DNA from: an uncultured Planctomycetia bacterium
GTDB taxonomy: Bacteria > Omnitrophota > Gorgyraeia > 2-02-FULL-51-18
Direction of reading: 5' to 3'
Length of the DNA stretch: 64,000 bases
Assembly: GCA_964642015.1 (NCBI GenBank)
Contig: CAZXLF010000002.1
Coordinates: forward strand, 159,678 to 223,677
Shown here: positions 58,298-64,000 of the stretch, in pieces
Layout of the letters: every line of letters begins with the position of its first letter
Numbering within the stretch: position 1 is the stretch's first letter
The notes under the pieces: model-generated
Told to the model about the DNA's origin: nothing
What the model saw: the letters and a program-made list of their open reading frames with translations, nothing else
Databases searched by the model: none
Program-made: the position numbers and the translations under genes

Positions 58298-59317
58298 ATG
58301 CTTGCTCTTGGAATCGAAACATCGTGTGACGAAACATCCATTTCAATTGTGAAAGACGGCAGGAAAGTGCTGTCGAATGTCGTTGTTTCAAGTCTTAAGG
58401 AACATAAAAAATACGGCGGTGTTGTGCCGGAGATCGCTTCGCGGGCGCATCTTGAGACGATCTTGGCGTGTCTTGATCTTTCGTTAAAGAAAGCGCATTG
58501 TTCCTTAAAAGATGTTCAATTGATCGCAGTGACTCAGGGCCCTGGCTTGATGGGTTCTTTGTTGGTAGGGTTATCTGCAGCAAAGGCGTTGTCGTTCAGC
58601 TTAAAAAAGCCGCTCATCGGCGTTGACCATGTGATCGCACATATTTATGCGGGGTTTCTGAGCGATCCTACGTTAAGATTCCCTATACTAGGCCTTGTTA
58701 TTTCGGGGGGTCATACCATGATCATCAGAATGGAAAGCCCTCAGAAGATAAGGATTCTTGGGCGCACTCTGGATGATGCTGCGGGAGAGGCTTTTGATAA
58801 AGTTGCAAAAATACTGGGTTTGAGGTATCCTGGTGGTCCAGAGGTAGATCGTTTAGCCAAAGGTCAAGATTCCACGTGTTTTAAGTTCTCTAGACCCTTT
58901 CTTTCTAAAGATTCTTTAGATTTTAGTTTTAGCGGTATCAAAACGGCGGTATTTTATAAAGTTGAGCAGTTAAAAAAGAAAAAACCGCTGAGTCTCAAGA
59001 TCAAAAAAGAGATTTGTTCAGGTTTTCAAGAAGCGGTGTGCGATGTTCTGGTGGAAAAAAGTGTCCGGGCCGCCAAAAAAGAACATTTAAGCTCGATCAT
59101 AGTCGGTGGCGGTGTCAGCGCTAACTCACGTTTAAGATTTAAGTTGCGTCAGCGTGCCAAAACGGAATCTTTGAAAGTCGTTTTTCCTGACAACTATCTT
59201 TGTCAGGACAACGCGGCAATGATCGCAGCGCTCGGCACAGCTCTTTTTTTGGAAGGCAAGAAAGATAATTTAGAATTACCAAGCTATTCCGATTTTATGC
59301 GTCACTCGTTGGCTTAA
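58298..59317 (+). CDS. tsaD: tRNA threonylcarbamoyltransferase TsaD
   Basis: GIETSCDET, GVVPEIASRAH, SGGHT, DDAAGEAFDK, DNAAMI. Confidence 0.96.
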   Translation: MLALGIETSCDETSISIVKDGRKVLSNVVVSSLKEHKKYGGVVPEIASRAHLETILACLDLSLKKAHCSLKDVQLIAVTQGPGLMGSLLVGLSAAKALSFSLKKPLIGVDHVIAHIYAGFLSDPTLRFPILGLVISGGHTMIIRMESPQKIRILGRTLDDAAGEAFDKVAKILGLRYPGGPEVDRLAKGQDSTCFKFSRPFLSKDSLDFSFSGIKTAVFYKVEQLKKKKPLSLKIKKEICSGFQEAVCDVLVEKSVRAAKKEHLSSIIVGGGVSANSRLRFKLRQRAKTESLKVVFPDNYLCQDNAAMIAALGTALFLEGKKDNLELPSYSDFMRHSLA

Positions 59318-59372
59318 GAGTGTATCGTTAGGCCCGAACGAAGTTAGTCGAAGCATTAAAGCGGAGGTGTCT

Positions 59373-59924
59373 ATGCTTGGTAAAAAGAATGGTTCTCAGG
59401 TACAAAAAGTTCCTGAAAAAAAAGTCCTAGACGTTGATGCGAGTTTTCAGGGCAATCTTATTTTCAAAGATGAGGTTAGTCTTCGGATCAGCGGGAACTT
59501 TGAAGGCCGGCTTGAAACAAAAGGTGATCTGTTTATCGGCGAGCGGGCTGTTGTCAGGGCTAATATTATCGGAGAACGTATCACGATAGCCGGGGATGTG
59601 AACGGTGATGTTACGGCGGCCTCTGAGATCACATTGACCGCCACGGCGAAAGTCGTGGGCGATATCCGAGCGCCTCAGCTTGTTATCGAGCGGGGAGCGG
59701 TGTTGCACGGTATGTCGCGAATGCTGGCAAGCCATGAAAAGGAAAATGCGCACCGGGCGATATTTTTTAATCTAGATGAAGTCTCTCGGTATCTTTCCGT
59801 CGAAGCCAATCTTATTACTGAATGGGTCGAAAGTGGGAAATTACCAGGTGTGCGGAACGGTGAAGAGTGGAGATTTGACAAGCAGAAGGTGGATGAATGG
59901 ATAGCCAACGGCAGGATCATTTAG
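59373..59924 (+). CDS. Bactofilin (polymer-forming cytoskeletal) domain fused to excisionase-type HTH
   Basis: Beta-helix repeats FQGNL/ISGNFEGRL/IGERAVVRANI/IAGDVNGDV/VVGDI/IERGAVLHG; C-terminal LDEVSRYL...GKLPG...WRFDKQKVDEWI; GGAGG SD. Confidence 0.88.
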   Translation: MLGKKNGSQVQKVPEKKVLDVDASFQGNLIFKDEVSLRISGNFEGRLETKGDLFIGERAVVRANIIGERITIAGDVNGDVTAASEITLTATAKVVGDIRAPQLVIERGAVLHGMSRMLASHEKENAHRAIFFNLDEVSRYLSVEANLITEWVESGKLPGVRNGEEWRFDKQKVDEWIANGRII

Positions 59925-60262
59925 TCGAAGAGCGTTATCTCGACATTCACGAAGCTGCGGAGATCCTCGATGTTGGCGAGCCGGAGCTCTGGGAGTTGAT
60001 CCACAAGCACCAGATCCCGACGCATAACATTGCTGGCGCTTTTTTAAGGTTCAAAAAAGAAGATATCGAAGAGCTTAAGATCAAATGGAGAATCGAAAGG
60101 GAATTATTCCCGAAAAGACAGACATCCTTTGTTCATGAAAGCACCGTGGGCAAAGCGGGTTTTATCGATAAGATCAGGGACTTCTGGTATTTCAATGATT
60201 TTTATATCTTATGTTCCGTGCTTATCGTCGTGCTTTTATATTTTATCGCCGCCTCCCAATAG
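59897..60262 (+). CDS. Excisionase-type HTH protein with C-terminal TM anchor
   Basis: YLDIHEAAEILDV...IP...FLRFKKEDI; C-terminal ILCSVLIVVLLYFIAA. Confidence 0.8.
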   Translation: MDSQRQDHLVEERYLDIHEAAEILDVGEPELWELIHKHQIPTHNIAGAFLRFKKEDIEELKIKWRIERELFPKRQTSFVHESTVGKAGFIDKIRDFWYFNDFYILCSVLIVVLLYFIAASQ

Positions 60263-60366
60263 GAAAATATCAACTTAACCTCATTTAAGAAAATTTCATA
60301 CTTCGTTACAATTCAAAAAGTTTAAATGATAAAGTTCAATCCACACAAAATCACTGATCACCGGTC

Positions 60367-63093
60367 ATGAAAGTCATTCTGGTTGACGGACATTCATTCT
60401 GCTACCGCGCATTCTATGCGATACGCGAATTGAGGAACTCCAAGGGCCAGCCGACCAATGCGGTCTATGGTTTCATTACCATGCTTGAAAAATTGATCAA
60501 AGACATAGACCCTGACGGTGTCGCTGTAACGTTTGACATGAAAGGGCCCACGTTCCGACACAAACGTTATGACCAATACAAGATACAGCGGCCACCGATG
60601 CCCGAAGACCTGGTCCCGCAGATACCGATCATTAAAGAAGTTGTCGAGGCGATGAATATCCCGGTCTTTGAGAAAGAAGGTTATGAAGCCGATGATGTGA
60701 TCGCGACCATTGCTAAAAAACTTGAAGCGACGGGCCATGAAGCTTATATCGTGACCGGTGATAAGGATGCGCTTCAGCTGGTCAATAAAAAGATCCGTGT
60801 TTTGAACCCTCAAAAAGAAAATTTGATCTACGACGAAGCCGGCGTGAAAAAAAGATTCGGCGTGGGTCCCAAACAGGTCGTTGAGATCATGGCGCTGATG
60901 GGAGACGCGTCGGACAATATTCCCGGTGTTCCCGGCATCGGAGATAAGACGGCAAGCAAGCTCATTGTGGAATTCGGTTCGCTTGAAGGGGTTTTGAAAA
61001 ATATATCCAAGATCAAAGGCGATAAGCTTAAGGAAAATCTGGAAACTTACAAGGACCAAGCACGGCTATCAAGAGAGCTCGCCGAGATCGATACGCAGGT
61101 GCCGATCGATGTCAGTGTGGAAAAATTAAAACGCCGCGAACCGAACACCGAAAAACTGGCGGCGATTTATCAGGAGCTTGAATTTAGAACCCTACTTAAA
61201 AATCTTCCGGCTGCGGAGGAGAAGAATGCGGATGACAGTGATCTCGCTTATCATTTGGTCCAGGATAGAAAATCTTTTGATACGCTGAAAGATAAACTTT
61301 CGAAACAAAAGTCCTGGGCTTTTGATTTTGAAACAACGGGGACCGATCCGCTGACTGCTGAGCCGATCGGGATCTCATTTTCTTTCAAAGATAAAGAAGC
61401 GTTCTACGTGAGGTTCTCCAGAGAAAAAAAGATACATGATCTGGCCAGAACCGACAAAGATTCTAAGGCTGTCAGGGATGCTTCTCTGACCGCTGAACAT
61501 TGTTTGGGCGCCATCAAAGATCTTTTTGAAGATCAGAAAATAAAAAAGATCGGCCAGAATTTAAAATATGAGACGATGATTTTGAAAAATTTTGGGATCG
61601 AGCTTCAAGGGATATATTTCGACACGATGGTGGCTTCGTATTGCCTTAATCCGGCCAAACCGAACCACAATCTTGACGATATCGCGATGGAACATTTAGG
61701 TTTGCGGATCACACCTATTACGGATCTGATCGGCACCGGAAAAAGCCAGATCTCGATGGAAGATGTGGATATTGAGTGTCTTTATAAATATGGCTGTCAG
61801 GACAGCGATGTGACACTGCGGCTTTCCAAGATTTTAAGCAAAAAACTTGACGAAAAAGACCTGGATGAATTGTTCCATGATATCGAAATGCCGCTGGTTT
61901 CTATTTTGGCGGATATGGAATGCGCCGGTGTTGCGATCGACAAAAAACTATTAAGCGAGCTTTCCGCGGAAATGGAAAAGGGCCTCAACGCTCTTACGCG
62001 CAAGATATTCAAGGAAGCGGGCAAGGAATTCAACATCAATTCACCCAAACAGCTGGCTGAGATTTTATTTGAACATTTAAGGCTTCCTGTGGTAAAAAAG
62101 ACCAAGACTGGGGCATCTACCGATGTCGAGGTTTTACAAGAGCTTGCCGAAATCCATTCTCTCCCGAAAGAAATATTAAAATTCAGAGAACTTTCGAAGC
62201 TGAAATCCACTTATGTAGATGCTCTTCCGCTCTTAGTCAATCCAAAGACCAAGCGAGTGCACACTTCTTTTAACCAAACGGTAACGGCGACCGGACGGCT
62301 TTCGTCCAGCGACCCGAATGTTCAAAATATACCGGTCAGGACCGAAGAAGGGCGTAAGATCAGAAGGGCATTTATAGCCGGGTCTAAAGAATCGACGTTG
62401 GTCTCGGCGGATTATTCCCAGATCGAGCTTAGAGTGTTGGCGCATCTTTCGGAAGACAAGAACCTCATTCAGGCGTTTAAAGAAGGCGCGGATATTCACC
62501 GCTATACGGCGAGTCTGATATTCAACCTCGATATGAAGGATGTGACCGAGTCGATGAGGGATTCGGCGAAGACTGTGAACTTCGGCGTGCTTTACGGCAT
62601 GGGCGCTTTCAGTTTGGCAAAGAGCCTGCATATTACGAATGAAGCAGCGAGCGATTTTATCAAGTCTTACTTTGAACGTTATCCGATAGTAAAAAAATAT
62701 TTGGACGAAACGCTGGAGAAAGCCAGAAAAGACGGTTATGTATCGACTTATTTTAAGCGGCGCCGTTATATCCCGGAGATCTTGTCCAAAGATATCCGCA
62801 TGAAAAAGTTCGCTGAGCGCACAGCGATCAATATGCCGATCCAGGGAACGGCCAGTGATATCATTAAGATCGCGATGCGCCAAATCGCCGAAAAGTTGTC
62901 GAAAGAGAAATTTTCTTCCAAGATGATCCTGCAAGTGCATGACGAACTTTTATTTGAAGTGTCAAAGTCCGAATTAAAGGATCTCGTATCCATGGCAACC
63001 CATGAAATGCAGGAAGCGGTGTCGTTCAAAGTGCCGATAAAGGTTTCTGTGAAAGCAGGACCTAACTGGCTGGACATGGAAGACATTAAATAA
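60367..63093 (+). CDS. polA: DNA polymerase I
   Basis: 5' exo (DG, YRAFYA, GYEADD), 3' exo FDFETT, ADYSQIELR, KTVNFG, QVHDEL. Confidence 0.97.
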   Translation: MKVILVDGHSFCYRAFYAIRELRNSKGQPTNAVYGFITMLEKLIKDIDPDGVAVTFDMKGPTFRHKRYDQYKIQRPPMPEDLVPQIPIIKEVVEAMNIPVFEKEGYEADDVIATIAKKLEATGHEAYIVTGDKDALQLVNKKIRVLNPQKENLIYDEAGVKKRFGVGPKQVVEIMALMGDASDNIPGVPGIGDKTASKLIVEFGSLEGVLKNISKIKGDKLKENLETYKDQARLSRELAEIDTQVPIDVSVEKLKRREPNTEKLAAIYQELEFRTLLKNLPAAEEKNADDSDLAYHLVQDRKSFDTLKDKLSKQKSWAFDFETTGTDPLTAEPIGISFSFKDKEAFYVRFSREKKIHDLARTDKDSKAVRDASLTAEHCLGAIKDLFEDQKIKKIGQNLKYETMILKNFGIELQGIYFDTMVASYCLNPAKPNHNLDDIAMEHLGLRITPITDLIGTGKSQISMEDVDIECLYKYGCQDSDVTLRLSKILSKKLDEKDLDELFHDIEMPLVSILADMECAGVAIDKKLLSELSAEMEKGLNALTRKIFKEAGKEFNINSPKQLAEILFEHLRLPVVKKTKTGASTDVEVLQELAEIHSLPKEILKFRELSKLKSTYVDALPLLVNPKTKRVHTSFNQTVTATGRLSSSDPNVQNIPVRTEEGRKIRRAFIAGSKESTLVSADYSQIELRVLAHLSEDKNLIQAFKEGADIHRYTASLIFNLDMKDVTESMRDSAKTVNFGVLYGMGAFSLAKSLHITNEAASDFIKSYFERYPIVKKYLDETLEKARKDGYVSTYFKRRRYIPEILSKDIRMKKFAERTAINMPIQGTASDIIKIAMRQIAEKLSKEKFSSKMILQVHDELLFEVSKSELKDLVSMATHEMQEAVSFKVPIKVSVKAGPNWLDMEDIK

Positions 63094-63116
63094 ATTTAGG
63101 ATCAGCGGGAGTCGAC

Positions 63117-64000
63117 ATTAAAGTTTTATTTTGCGCAAGCGAAGTGGTGCCGTTCGCGAAGACGGGCGGGTTGGCCGATGTGGCGGGCGCTTTGCCTTTG
63201 GAATTAGGCAAGCTCGGCGTTGAAACGCTGATCATGATGCCGCGCTACAGAGGTTTAAAAGGCCAGGTGAAGAAGCTCTCTGAAAATGTGAGCATCCGTT
63301 TCATTGAAAATGAGGCGTTTTTTAACCGTGCCGGCATCTATGGCAATGATAAAGGCGATTATCCTGATAATCTGGAAAGATTTTCCTTCTTTTGCTATCA
63401 GTCTCTGGCTGTGGCCAAAGAAATCGGCTTTAAGCCGGACATTGTGCATGTCAATGATTGGCAGACTTCGCTGATCGCGGTGCTACTTAAAACGAAATTT
63501 GCCAATGACCCGTTCTTTGAAAAAGCAAGGTCGTTTCTTACGATCCACAACTTGGCGTATCAAGGTATATTTTCGCACCGCTCATTTGCCGCGCTTCAAG
63601 TGGACCCCAAACTTTATTCGATCGACGGTTTTGAGTTTTACGGCAAGACCAATTTGCTGAAGGCCGGCATTCTATACGCCGATGCGATCGGCACGGTGAG
63701 TCCGACTTATGCGAGAGAGATGCAGACGAAGGAATTCGGTTTTGCCTTGGAAGGCGTGGTCAAAAAAAGATGCCATCATTTAACGGGTATTTTGAACGGT
63801 ATTGATACTGAAATATGGGATCCGGAGAAAGACAAATTGATCAAGAAACGCTATTCTGCCGCGACGCTTCAAGGAAAAGCGGTCAATAAGGCCGAACTTC
63901 AGCGGGCCAGCGGTTTCGATATCGATCCGGACGTGCCTGTATTTGGAATGGTGACGCGTCTGGCTGAACAGAAAGGATTGGAAATGTTCGCGGAGATCGC
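63117..64000 (+). CDS. glgA: Glycogen synthase, 5' part (runs off the window)
   Basis: (I)KVLFCASEVVPFAKTGGLADV, HVNDWQT, TIHNLAYQG, TVSPTYA, GILNGID, RLAEQKG; apparent ATT start. Confidence 0.93.
   Translation, partial: MKVLFCASEVVPFAKTGGLADVAGALPLELGKLGVETLIMMPRYRGLKGQVKKLSENVSIRFIENEAFFNRAGIYGNDKGDYPDNLERFSFFCYQSLAVAKEIGFKPDIVHVNDWQTSLIAVLLKTKFANDPFFEKARSFLTIHNLAYQGIFSHRSFAALQVDPKLYSIDGFEFYGKTNLLKAGILYADAIGTVSPTYAREMQTKEFGFALEGVVKKRCHHLTGILNGIDTEIWDPEKDKLIKKRYSAATLQGKAVNKAELQRASGFDIDPDVPVFGMVTRLAEQKGLEMFAEI

Noticed and set aside
59760-60100. Prophage/ICE remnant suggested by two excisionase-like HTHs
   Set aside because: No integrase, att repeats or compositional shift; the domains are fused to bactofilin and a TM anchor among core genes.

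Overview
Gene-dense bacterial chromosomal window, almost entirely + strand and mostly housekeeping. The mix of LptD, T2SS pseudopilins, HrcA/CIRCE, GatCAB and long-form Sua5 indicates a diderm outside the Gammaproteobacteria; a PVC-group/Omnitrophota-like lineage is my inference only. In order it contains: the 3' part of a type II secretion/pilus-like operon with an embedded HExxH metallopeptidase; envelope and folding genes; tsaC-purC; a small accessory patch (~15.2-19.0 kb); miaB-miaA-hflX; a CIRCE-controlled hrcA-grpE-dnaK-dnaJ operon; accD, an orphan sugar-ABC ATPase, two diguanylate cyclases, a ROK kinase and lptD; a nucleotide-sugar cluster; tal-pgi-crcB; gatCAB-ctpA-tsaD; a bactofilin-HTH gene pair; polA; and a 5' fragment of glgA. 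I found no rRNA, tRNA, CRISPR array, integrase or transposase. The best leads are (1) a bactofilin fused to an excisionase-type HTH next to a membrane-anchored HTH gene, (2) a degenerate palindromic repeat preceding three consecutive unrelated accessory genes, the last a low-GC HEPN-like gene, (3) an 8-bp-periodic long hairpin inside the 5' end of the T2SS-linked peptidase gene, (4) two small genes (a 52-aa ORF in the dnaK-dnaJ spacer and a 46-aa lipoprotein absent from the ORF track), (5) an apparent ATT start for glgA, and (6) a SurA/parvulin-like-cyclophilin fusion. All calls come from reading motifs by eye; no searches were run.
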